Shown here piece by piece: positions 53,052 through 64,000 of a stretch of DNA of 64,000 nt. Each line of letters opens with the position of its first letter. Position 1 is the first letter of the stretch. The stretch is from Leucoraja erinacea (Eukaryota): positions 31,620,001 through 31,684,000 of the forward strand of contig NC_073386.1 of NCBI RefSeq assembly GCF_028641065.1, written 5' to 3'. A model generated the notes under the pieces. The model was not told where the DNA came from. It searched no databases and saw only the letters and a program-made list of their open reading frames with translations. The position numbers and the translations under genes were made by a program.

Positions 53052-55239
53052 TTAAACAAGAAACGAGAACATTCAAAATAAACACATCAGTTTAGTGACC
53101 CAAAGCGTTTTGACTTCTCCTTATAAACTATAGCATTATAGTTATTTATAGTTTTTTTCCGTTATCAAGCATCATTGGCAAGCATAGAATTTATTACCCA
53201 CCCCTAATTGCTATTAAGAATATAATGGTGTGTCACCATCTGGAACTATTGTTGTCCTTCTGGTGAAGGTTGGCCAACCAAGCTATTAGTGGGAGGGAAT
53301 CCCAGGAATTAAAAGTAACATTCCTTCATCAAGAAAAAACGTGATAGACCTTCAATATGATCCTTTTGAATGGTGGAACTGATTGAAAGAGCTGGCCTGT
53401 TCTGCTTAATTGTGTTTTTATGAATGATTGAGAAATGAACAGAAAGGCAACCCATAAAGGAAATAAAAAGAGAGGGCAGAAAAGTAAGTGGATCTTTTAA
53501 AATGTAATATTATCCTAGGAGGGGCCAGGGTGGCTGAAAGACTCCAGAGAGTATTTTCTGCTTCTGTTCACCATGACAAGGAAAATGAATGGAGCTGTCA
53601 ACAAAACATCAATTTTTGAAGGTATTCAACGGTCAACTAACAACAGTGACAGATACAACAATGTATCAATGTGTCACAATCATGCCAACTCTTCTCAGCT
53701 CTTAGTGAAATACATCAGCATCTTAAAATATTCCTGTCTTCTTAATGACCACGTTTGACTTTCTATGGTGAATTTAATGAGCCAATTCCGAATTGTGTGA
53801 AATAGTTGATGTGATGATGTAGATAGAGCAGAAAGTATATTGATTCAAACTTGGGTTCTATCTCTTTCCCTCCTGAATTTGCATATTAATTTGGTGGCGT
53901 TGTTTGCACACACTTGCTTTGCAGCAAGATCGGGCCTATTGCTTGCTGCATGGGAATGTGATTCTGACACACTCAAAGAACATTAATAGACCAAATCAAT
54001 TCAGTTGACCTGTCAAGTCTAGGCTAAGGTGCTTCTCTAAACGTTGCTATTTTAATTCAATTCCGAGTGAGGAAATCTGGGTTAAAACCCAGAAAACAGC
54101 AAATAATAGCATTACACAAGCAAAAAGCTGAATTTTAAAATGGGAAGTAAAGGGTCAGTGTGCTTAATCTCAGAACTTTTCAATCTCTAGAAAATTTACT
54201 TAAATACAAATGATCCTTTTTAAATTGCTATTTTAGAGTGCTGAATTGATAACATGATTCCCTCTTTAAGTATGGCCTGCGCAATAAATAATATAGTAAC
54301 CACGTCAGGGATAGATAATTAATTCATATGTCTGTCAGAGGGCTAACATTTTGTTTTATATGTTTGGACTGAATGTACACTGAGGCCTCAAAGACTGAAT
54401 GACTTGCCCTATGGTTCAGCTGTGATGTATTGTAACAATTTCCTCCTCTTTCATTTGCGTTCATTCTATTAATTTTCTCTGTGTTTTTAGTTTTATTCTA
54501 ACTAATAACACAGAATGAAACAGCTGAAGGGGTGGAATTTCCCACCTGTTCATGGCCATTCCAGGCTTTTCTACGAGCCTGTAAAAGCACGGTTTGGTCT
54601 AGCTGTACAGAAATTTGTGTATTGGACGCTCGTTATCCTGAGGGTTTAAAATTTCCATCTGTTCACCATCTGCTATCAGTTTCCTTTATCATCAACATTC
54701 ATTAATGACTTAGGAAATAAAAAATCAAAACCACCAAGCATCACCTTGTTGATTTATATCCATCTACCATCTTGAAGGAGGGAGTTGGTTGATGTCACTT
54801 GATGTTAACTATGATTCTTACATTTATTTACCCAAGGTCAATGATGAAATCCTCACTGGTGACCCAACTGACATCAGGTACCTTGGCATAGACCACAAAT
54901 GGATCTAATGAAGTTTCTGGGCTGTGTGTCCAGTTTCACATTAGGCAATTTATTACCAACTGTGCTATTAGAGAGCATTTCTTTTTGAAAACATTAACTG
55001 AATTGCTGCTGCTGTTTCTTTCCTATAGCCAATTTATCATATTGGCAGATTTGACAAAATTCCATACAAAGTTGGCACTACCTTGTGCCAGAAGTAAATT
55101 AAACGTTTAGTAGACATGCTATATTTCAGTCCTCCTGGTGTCTGATCAAAGGCTTGTGAGATGTGTTTTCTTAAGGTACCACTTCTAAAAGCATAGTGCT
55201 CAGACAATAATAATACCACTAGCTGTGTTTTTTCTGAGC

Positions 55240-57290
55240 CTATACCTTGGGACCAGTCTGGGAAGGCAGGACATGTACCAGCTGGATAGGCTGCACAACA
55301 GCAAAGTTGGATGGAAAATGTTTATAGGAAGGTTTGCCAGAATCTTCGGGGAGAATTTAAACTAGATCGACGTTGATTCCGGAGGATCAGTGGGTAAAAA
55401 ATGGAAAGCAGCAAATTAGTAAGTAAATCTGAAAGGAAGAGGAATCAAGGGGTAGAAAATTGAAAACAAAGGAAGATGCAAGTAGCTGTTGTTCTTTAAT
55501 GCTGTGATGGAACTTGTGAATAGGGTAGATGACTGAAAGCATACATGGATTCATAGAAGTATGAAATCAGAGTTGTCACCAAAATGCAGCTTTAAAAAAC
55601 CCCAGAAAAGGTGGTTCAGAACATGGCTGGGGAATTTTCAAATAATAGATATAATTCCTCCTCTCTACCCACCCAGAATGTTGAGTATAATCTCCTGCAC
55701 ACCTATCCAAACAGTGTAGTATAGTCCTCCTCCACAACCCAGGAAGTCAGAGGAAGACCAAAAGTAAATACAAAAAGCTGGAGTATCTCAGTGGGATAGT
55801 CAGCATCTCTGGAAAGAAGGAATGGGTGACATTTTGGGTCAAGAACCTTCTTCAGTCTAAACCCGAAACGTCACCCATTCCTTCTCTCCAGAGATGCTAC
55901 CTGTCCCGCTGAGTTACTCCAGCTTTTTGTGTCTATCTTCAGTTTAAACCAACATCTGCAGTTCCTTCTAACACAATAAAAGTAAATATGTAAACAAATA
56001 TCTGAGTACAGAAAGTATATGGTAATAATTCAATATTTCAACCATTGTAACATTAATGACAGAAATAATGTATAGAATTTATTAAAATACATTCAGAGCA
56101 GCTCATTTTTAGCCTATGTTAAGCAAGTTATGCATCTGGCTTCACAGGGTGATAGAAACATTGATGAAGATGAGGAGTGTGGACCCCAGTGCAGGGGGAA
56201 ATATCAAGCCTGATGATTGCCTTTGAAAATAGATAAATAGTCAGGCCCAGGAAAAAAAAACATACTTCAGCTGTTGAGAGAGGCTGCCAATGTCCTCCAG
56301 GCTCCTGGTCACCTGTCCACAAACCACCCACTCATCCAACCTCCTTCTTCCACCAACAGAACCTTGATTACCTGATCAACAGTTCACCAATCTCTGATCA
56401 CCTCTCTGACCAGCTTCTGATATCCAGTCTAATCAGCCACCACCAAGAGTCTGGCCTGAATCTGTTGTTGCTGACTTAAATCTAGTGAGCCCGATATCAG
56501 CGTAGGTGAAGCTGTTGGAGGGAATTCTGAGGGACAGGATCTACCAGCATTTGGATAGGCATGGACTCATTAGGGATAGTCAGCATGACCTTTTCAATGG
56601 GAAATCATGTCTCACAAATCTGCTTTTGGAAGCGGTTATAATGAGGGCAGGACAATGAACATTGTCTATATGGTCTTTAGTAAGGCCTTTGACATGGTGC
56701 TGCATGATAGGCTTGCTGGAAGGTTAGAACGGATGGGATGGTGAGCTAGCTAATTGGATTTAAAATTAGCTTAGAGGAAGAGGTCAAAGGATAGTTGTGT
56801 CGATGGTGGGCCCACTGTTGTTTGTTATATACATTAATGATTTAGATGACAATGTAGTTAAGATTGTTACAGATAACACCAAGATTAATTGTATAGTAGA
56901 CAATGCGGAATGATATCCAAGTTTACAACAAGCTCTAGATCAGTTAGAATGATGGCTCAAGGAACGGCAAATGGAGTTTAGCTCTGAAATGTGTGAGGTG
57001 ATGCAATTTAGTACGTCAAACCAGAGCATACCCATAAATGGCAGAGCCCTGGAGATTGTTGAAAAACAGAGATCTGGAGTACATGGTTCTCATAAAGTGG
57101 TAAGTCAGGCGAAGTGTGGTGAACAAGGCATTGGACAGGCTAATTTTGATTGGGAAGGGTATTGAGCATGTACTGTAAGTTAGGATATCAGCTCTACAAG
57201 TCATTGGTGCGGTTACATTTTAAGTACTGTGTGCAGTTCTGTTTGCCCAGCTGCAGGAAGGATGATATTAAGTTGGAAAAGGGTGCAGAA
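55240..57290 (+). mobile_element. Fragments of an old CR1 (ORF1 esterase-like piece ~55240-55370; RT relic ~56500-57290)
   Basis: tgggaaggcaggacatgtaccagctggataggctgcac; agggatagtcagcatga, tttagtaaggcctttgac, attaatgatttagatga. Confidence 0.6.
55771..55977. mobile_element. Foldback Penelope-pLTR element
   Basis: Inverted arms around cttcttcag...cccgaaacgtcaccc; TSD aaaagtaaata at 55760-55770 and 55978-55988. Confidence 0.88.
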
Positions 57291-59689
57291 TAGAGGCCTC
57301 ACTGCTGCCGACACCACACTTCACGTCTCCGTGATTTTATTCTCTCTGTTCAGTCTAAACAGAAAATCTTTCCTTCAAATTACGACAACATAAATCCATG
57401 TGAATAAGAGATTAAACCAAAAGGACAAAGAAATAGAGGTAACATTGTTGAAGCTTGAGGTTATATCTCAACCGTAATCCTGTTTACAACTTTATGAATC
57501 TTAAATTTACATAAGAGAGTGCATGGCATCCTTTCCTGAGTGTAACTTGTGTACAAGTTGGTGTACAGTAATGAATATTTTGATAAATGAATGAAGAGGA
57601 AAGGAGCCACAAAAGTAATGAGGAGTTGTAGTAATGAGGAGATGATGCAGTGATGATTTTGCCATGCCTTTAGTGTACGAATTCGCAACAGTGAATTATT
57701 TTTGAAAACTCCTAATATCCTTTTTTTTTGTGCAGAACAATTGCAGAGAAGGTGAGACCGACAATTATTTTGTCATTTGTTTTTGATGGTTCACCAGTGG
57801 AAATACTTTTCACCTTTTTATTCCATGCTGTAGAAGTAGAAAGAAAGTGACTATTAATCTTCTGAGTAACGTTTTTAAAATGAGAAGTCTGATGGATTAT
57901 TGATGGCAGCTTAGTGCATGATGGCAGCAGAAAAACCTGAGAGGAGAGCATTGATTTGACCTCAAATTTAGCACATGGTACACGATGCAAAAGGAATGTA
58001 TTGAGTTAAATAGTTCTGTTTGTTTAATGGTGAGGATGATGCATTTGTCCATTGTGCCTAATGGAAGGTCTGGAGAAAATTAATCACCAAACAGGACATA
58101 GCAAAAGACTGGAGAATGAAATGTTTAATGTCATCCAATAAACTCCACATTCAGCATCATATCACTCACTGAAATATCAATTTAGATGTTGTCCTCATTT
58201 CTTAAGTTGGGTTTGAACCCATGACACTCAGACTCAGTTTTAAAAAGGCTATCAGAGAAATAGTTCACATTTAATCAATAAAGGAGAAACAAATGCTGAA
58301 GGTCAATGTATGCAGCATTTCCTGATGTCATTAACAAATATGTTAGTCTGCCCTCCTCATGCATGTGAATACAGCACAAATATTTTGCCGTGGAGTTAAA
58401 CTCCTAAACAAATCCAGAGAAATTATTCAACAAAGGTAGCGTGTTTCTATTAATGGATAGACGGTGGAGTTCGTTTTACTTTCATTGCACTTTAGACCGA
58501 TATATTTAATATTCATAGACCTATGCTCTTTCTAAACAGCCTAGGAATTATCAATCATACACAAGAATGAAAAATGAACTGCCTATTGTGCCAGTAATTG
58601 AATTAAATAGTCCAAAAGGATTCAAGGGATTAGTATATGAATGTTGATTATAGGTTTTAAATCTAATGATTAGGATTCAAAGGGTTAATGATAGCAATTT
58701 ATTAAAGCTTGGTTTCATTAGACTTGTCCTTTTGTAAAATTAATATACATATTTATTATAATAACACAATCCTACCAACAGAGTGAAAGACTCATCAATT
58801 TCTATTAGCAGTGACTCTTTTCATCTTTGTTCTGTTTGTGCAATGAAGCCTTGCACAAAAACACAGGGATGAACAGAATGAATCCAACAAAAGGGACTAC
58901 TGTCTGCCGAAAGGACTGTTTTGTTTTAAATGCTCTAAAAATTCACGTTTTACGTGATTCTAACTAATGGGTGGCTATTTATTCAATAGACACGTTTGTT
59001 TAACATTTTCTTCTATGATTTATAATAATGTTATGTATCTGTATGTTTTATTATACTTTTGCTTGTAACATTTAAGGGACAATCGGGCATTCCTTCCATC
59101 ACATGATTTCCCCGTTCTGTTCCAGTAAAATGCTTCACATTACACAGTTAGAAATGAAATACACGATAAATCTCTTTCTCAACGTTTACTGGCAGGTCAC
59201 CATTCAGGAATCTCATTCATCACCTCCGCAGCTTTCCATCCTCAACCCATCTGATAAGGTTTTGCATCATCCATCCCAGTCTATCCTTTGGTTGACCCAT
59301 TTCCTTGGTGTTCTCAGCTGTTTCCTCCCATGAATTACTTGCAATAGATTACTGGCCAGGCAAGCTCTCCAGATAACGCAGGTATGAACAAGTGCAATTA
59401 TGGTACACTGATGTTGTGATTGATCAGTAATTTTATACCTCCATGTTCTTGCTGTTAAGCAGCTAAAGTATTGTGTATATGAATCCTATATTTGTCTGAT
59501 ATAAACCTCCCAATAATTTTTTAGCAATAGATTTGATAACGATTAAAAGTGGCTATTTGAATCAACATATCAAATGTAATCCTACATTAAAGTGTGTAGG
59601 CATTGTGCAATGTAAGATTGTTCCAATACACAAGGATCATGAAGAGCAATTGATGAGTAGAAGCATTTTGTGAGGTTTATATTTTGCTG

Positions 59690-60240
59690 ATAGTCATAGA
59701 ACATAGAAAGTGCTGCTCAGGAATACGCCCTTTGGCCCACAATTTGAATGCAAGAAAAACTAATTGCATCTGCCTACACAGTTGTGATCCATTCCCTCCA
59801 TTTCCTAATATCCATGTACTTCTCTAAAGCGCTTAAACGCCACTATCACATCTGCTGCCAGCACAACCCATGACAAAGCATTTCAGCCACCCATCACTCC
59901 CTGTATATAAAAAAAAAAGATCATTTCATCTTAATGCTAATTCCTCTAGTCTTTGACATTTCCACCCTGGGAAAAAGGTTCTGACTCTCTACCCAATCGA
60001 TGCCTCTACTTGTGTTGCCACTTTCAGGGAGCTATGGACTTGGACACCTAAGATCCCTCCGTATATCAATGATGTTAAGGATCATGCCAGTAACTGCATA
60101 CTTCTCCATACATCTGACCTCCCAAAGTGCAACACATCATATTTACTCGGATTAAACTTCATCTGTCATTCCTCTACCCATTCCTGCAGCTCATCTAAAT
60201 CCTATGGCCAGCCTTCTCATGGTCTGCATCTCCAACAATC
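59690..60240 (-). mobile_element. Degraded CR1 3' fragment
   Basis: catagaacatagaa tail; ccacttTcagggagctatggacttggacacc; cccaaagtgcaacac. Confidence 0.7.
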
Positions 60241-61769
60241 TTGGGGCCGATTGAACACCAGAGGCCACTGCAACTGCACCTGTTCAACTGTTGCAAAATT
60301 AATCTATGAAATCCCAGGAGCTGATGTGAATATTTTGCTTGATTTATTTCAACTGTATAGATTATGTTTAAAACTGTTGTACTTACCTGCCCTATAAAGT
60401 TTATCATTGTTCCACATTGAACAGGTACTTGTATTGAACTTGTAGAATGGCTCTAATGTTAAAGTAAGATTATACAATGATGTAGGTAGTCGTGTTCTAC
60501 TTACAGCACAGTGAGAGCTATTGTTGGCTAAAGGTAACATATATCATAAATATTATCAGTGTGCATTGGTGCCAGAGAGCAGCAGATTCACCGCAACCGT
60601 TCCTTTTGGCACTGTTAAGGGGTTTGATTATCAGCCCAACTCCTCGTTTGATGAATAGGACAGGAGGATTAAGAAGTTTATTTTTGATGGGTGGGTGTAC
60701 TCCAGTCGTTAGGCAGATTTAGTCCACGTGGAACCAGGAAAACCGCTAGTAGTGTTGCAGCATTGTGAAAGGTGACCTTAGTTTTTGTCAGCAGTTTTAA
60801 AATTAATCGCCATTTTAAACTTGGCTTTGTGCAACATAGCAATTTTATTTTGTCTGTATGCTTGTTTTTACAGAAAGTAGTTTTGATTTGTGTTGAGAGA
60901 AATAAAGAAGTATAAGTAAAAATGTTGCATGTTCATGTGAAATTAACGTTGTAATGGGAGTATAACATGACTGCAGGATTTTGGACGTTTCAGTTCTCTG
61001 CACTGACAGATTTTTATCCTGTTATATACCTAACAGTACAAAGGGTATATTTGGTAGTGATGCTGTGACGGGAACACTTCACACTGCACTTCTACTTCCA
61101 CTAATTGAATAGGGCCATTGAATTTGTTTCTTAGAAACTAGTGAGTTGGCGATTGAGTTGCTGGAGTGTGAACCCAACTCCCACTGCTTGGATCATTGCT
61201 GATGTGTATCGCAATTCCTTTTAACCTTTTAGATTTTCAATAGCCTAACAATACTTCCATTTTTTAGTGTATGGAGTCAGATATGGTAACAATCATTTCC
61301 AGATAATGTCACATCGCTCCTGAAATGCAACCAGGCACATGAGTTCCCCCTTGTGCCGCTGCTGTGATTCTTGCGTCAGAGCCCACAGCAGGACTTTGTG
61401 CCCTTTGGTAGTTCTTTTCGGAGTTGCAGGGGAACTTGGTCCTCCACTGTGTTGTGAGCTGCCTGCCAGTAAAATAATAACATCTCTATGTATAATGAAT
61501 GTGCAACCTCCAGCCCATCACCTGACTCCCACCCATGGTTACACCTTTTTATCTGTCCCACTGCGATTTTCACCCTGAGCTTCCCCCACCACCGCTCTTC
61601 CTTCTACTTCACCACCAATTACCGTCTTTGAACCACTGGTCCATCTTCCACATCATTCCCAGTATTCTCTGATTTTCCGCTGCTTTCCCCTTCACCCATC
61701 CACAATCTCTCCTACCAATGTAAATTGCTTGTTTCTCGGCTTTTCCCCAATCTAGTTTCAGTAAAAACA

Positions 61770-62430
61770 CTGAACCAAGCTCTTGAAACAACTACATTTT
61801 ATTTTAACAAAAGCGCAGTACAGTTCAACTACTGTACCTATCCCACCGCGGGTTCGATCCTCGTTTCTGTCTGTTCAAGCCCTCTAGGCCTCGCTCGGAC
61901 AGAGACACTCCCGAAGTTCACGCAGTCCCAAGCGCTCTCCCAGAAGATCGACCCTGGACCTCATGGTAGCGGATTTTTATGTCCCGGGACCTTGACGGGC
62001 CGAACCATATGGGGGTGATCTCTTAATAATCCAATTACAGATATTGATTAACCCCTTACATAACAGACATTTCCCTAACCCAATAATACAGCAGCTCAAT
62101 ACATTGTATTCAAACAGGGCTTCTCAAGGAAGTCAACTTAGAAAACATTTACCCTGATCTGCAGGAAACACAGACAAGGCTCAATATCTCATCCAATCAA
62201 CACTCGGCAAAGCTAAACTCTGCAACATTATTTACAATTATTTGCAAGGTGCATGTCTGGTTGCAGCCATCCAATCCATTCTATGCATTTTGCACCTAAT
62301 TGACAGGGTCTGCAGATGTTCTTATTCTTTGCTTGCAAATTGTATCTAGGCTCTAGACTCACTGGCACACCTCCGCAGTGTGTCCCAGCTCTGCAGAGAG
62401 CAATTCCAAATTGACCAAATCTCCCAGCAT
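61770..62430 (-). mobile_element. Putative retroviral-type solo LTR (boundaries uncertain)
   Basis: Minus strand has cataaaaa (TATA-like, ~61974-61981), a GC-rich R-like segment and AATAAA (~61798-61803); TSD not established. Confidence 0.4.
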
Positions 62431-62591
62431 CCCTGAAGCTTTTACCCCATTTTGAAGTCCTAGCCTCTCCAATCTGGCCAGGATTAACATCAGCATCTAA
62501 GCCTTCAGTCTGCTGGTTTACACTCCAACATCCTAAAAGGCAATATCACTAGCTGCATACTAGACCTGTCTCCAAAACACATCCTAAACCT

Positions 62592-62812
62592 AAGATAGAC
62601 ACAAAATGCTGGAGTAACTCAGCGGGTTAGACAGCAACTCTGGAGAAAAGGAATATGTGATGTTTCGGGTCGCAATCCTTCTTCAGACATTTCGACCTGA
62701 AACGTCACATATTCCTTATCTCCAGAAATGCAATCTGACCCACTGAGTTACCCTCCAGCATCTTGTATCTATCTTTCGATTAAACCAGCATCTACAGTTC
62801 CTTCCTAAACCT
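62592..62812. mobile_element. Foldback Penelope-pLTR element
   Basis: Inverted arms with hammerhead remnants; TSD atcctaaacct at 62581-62591 and 62813-62823. Confidence 0.88.
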
Positions 62813-63316
62813 ATCCTAAACCTGTCCCTTTAACAGAACAAAAATAGGAGGGCAAGACCTGAACATTAGAAGTGGACAATTTAGGAGGGGAATAGGTACT
62901 AAATGTCTAGATTGAGCTGCCTTGGGGCTCGGGCATATTTCAAGTCTGCATGAGAGTTAGTGACACAATGAGTGCCACAATTCTGTGCCCATTTAGTGCA
63001 CCCATTAGAATGCACTGAGACTCCATATATCAATCCTGTAAGAAATCAAGAAATCAAAAGAGGAATAGGCCACATGCCTTTTTAAAGTGCTGTGCCATTC
63101 AGCTGAACCTTTCAACTTACCCTGTGTGTCAAGTCCTCTTTCCCACCTGATTATTGTATCCTCTCTTGCATTTTTTTTCTTTCAGTCTAAACTGTGAACT
63201 TCGTGGTCAAGTATCCACATCCTTCTGAGATTGAAAGTTTCACATTTTTACACCTCTCTGCGTGAATATCGTTCCCACATGACACACCTAGATACCATTG
63301 CCAAAATCATCGACTA

Positions 63317-63490
63317 TAGAGGAGTATAAAATCATCAGAGGAATGGAACAGGTAGACGCACAGAGTCTCGTGCCGAGAGTAAGACAATCGCAGGTGACCT
63401 TTTCATGCAGCGGGTGGTGGGTGTATGGAACAAGCTGGTGTGGACAAGTTGGGCCGAGACGCCTGTTTCCACGCGGTAAGACTCTATGAA
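63317..63490 (+). mobile_element. Internally deleted CR1 3' end
   Basis: YKIIRGMEQVDAQSL; tail gggccgagacgcctgtttcc...gactctatga. Confidence 0.7.
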
Positions 63491-64000
63491 CTCAACCCCA
63501 ACATCCACAGTATATCTGAGGGAAATCTAGACTTAATATCCTTTGTTTGAGGGGGGGAAGTCTCCAAATTCCCCTCCAAAATTACTCCTTCTGATGTCCT
63601 CTTATTTTTACCTTTCCAGCCAGATGCAATATGTGCATTTGTGCATATGACCTTTAAAATCAACGTACCCTTTGGTTTTCTAATCTAAAAGGAATACAAG
63701 CCATGTTTATACAAATATACTGAGATCTGAACATATCCCCTAACACACATCCTTATTTCCATTGTAATGAAAGTAAATGTAACACAATTTACTGAAAATA
63801 TTGCCCTTGGACTTAGTCCCTTTTACACCACTGCTCTCAAATTATTCACCATATATTGGTTAGAAGGACATAAGAAGGAGTTCATTTTGGAGGGGAATTT
63901 GGGGACTTTCCTCCCTCACACAAAGGATATTAGAAATATAGATTTCCCTCAGATACATTGGGAATGTTGGGGTTAAGTTCATAGTCATAGAGTCTTAAAG

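Noticed and set aside
54470-54600. Possible cryptic exon (pyrimidine tract, ctaac, cacag) and GGAATTTCCC NF-kB-like site
   Set aside because: Weak donor and no recognisable coding similarity; expected by chance in 64 kb

Overview
Eukaryotic, AT-rich, repeat-dense DNA whose repeat families (CR1/HER1-type LINEs, HE1/V-type tRNA SINEs, Penelope-like elements, Rex1/Babar, Harbinger) point to a cartilaginous fish, probably a skate or ray (inference). The only host-gene exon I can support is the first coding exon of dab1 (Disabled-1; + strand, ATG 15175, donor after 15241, MSTETEVQQVVRASTRKESKK). The rest appears to be dab1 intron filled with transposon relics. Most listed ORFs are spurious or are TE fragments. 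The main candidate system is a family of ~170-230 bp foldback elements derived from Penelope pseudo-LTRs, each flanked by a 10-15 bp target-site duplication (TSD) and carrying minimal hammerhead-ribozyme cores in inverted orientation (at least 7 copies). Other notable structures are a 741 bp near-perfect palindrome, a CpG-rich solo-LTR-like element with twin E2F motifs 2.4 kb upstream of the dab1 coding exon, a perfect 60 bp templated duplication, and two older long inverted repeats. Repeat boundaries were read by eye and are approximate unless TSD coordinates are given.
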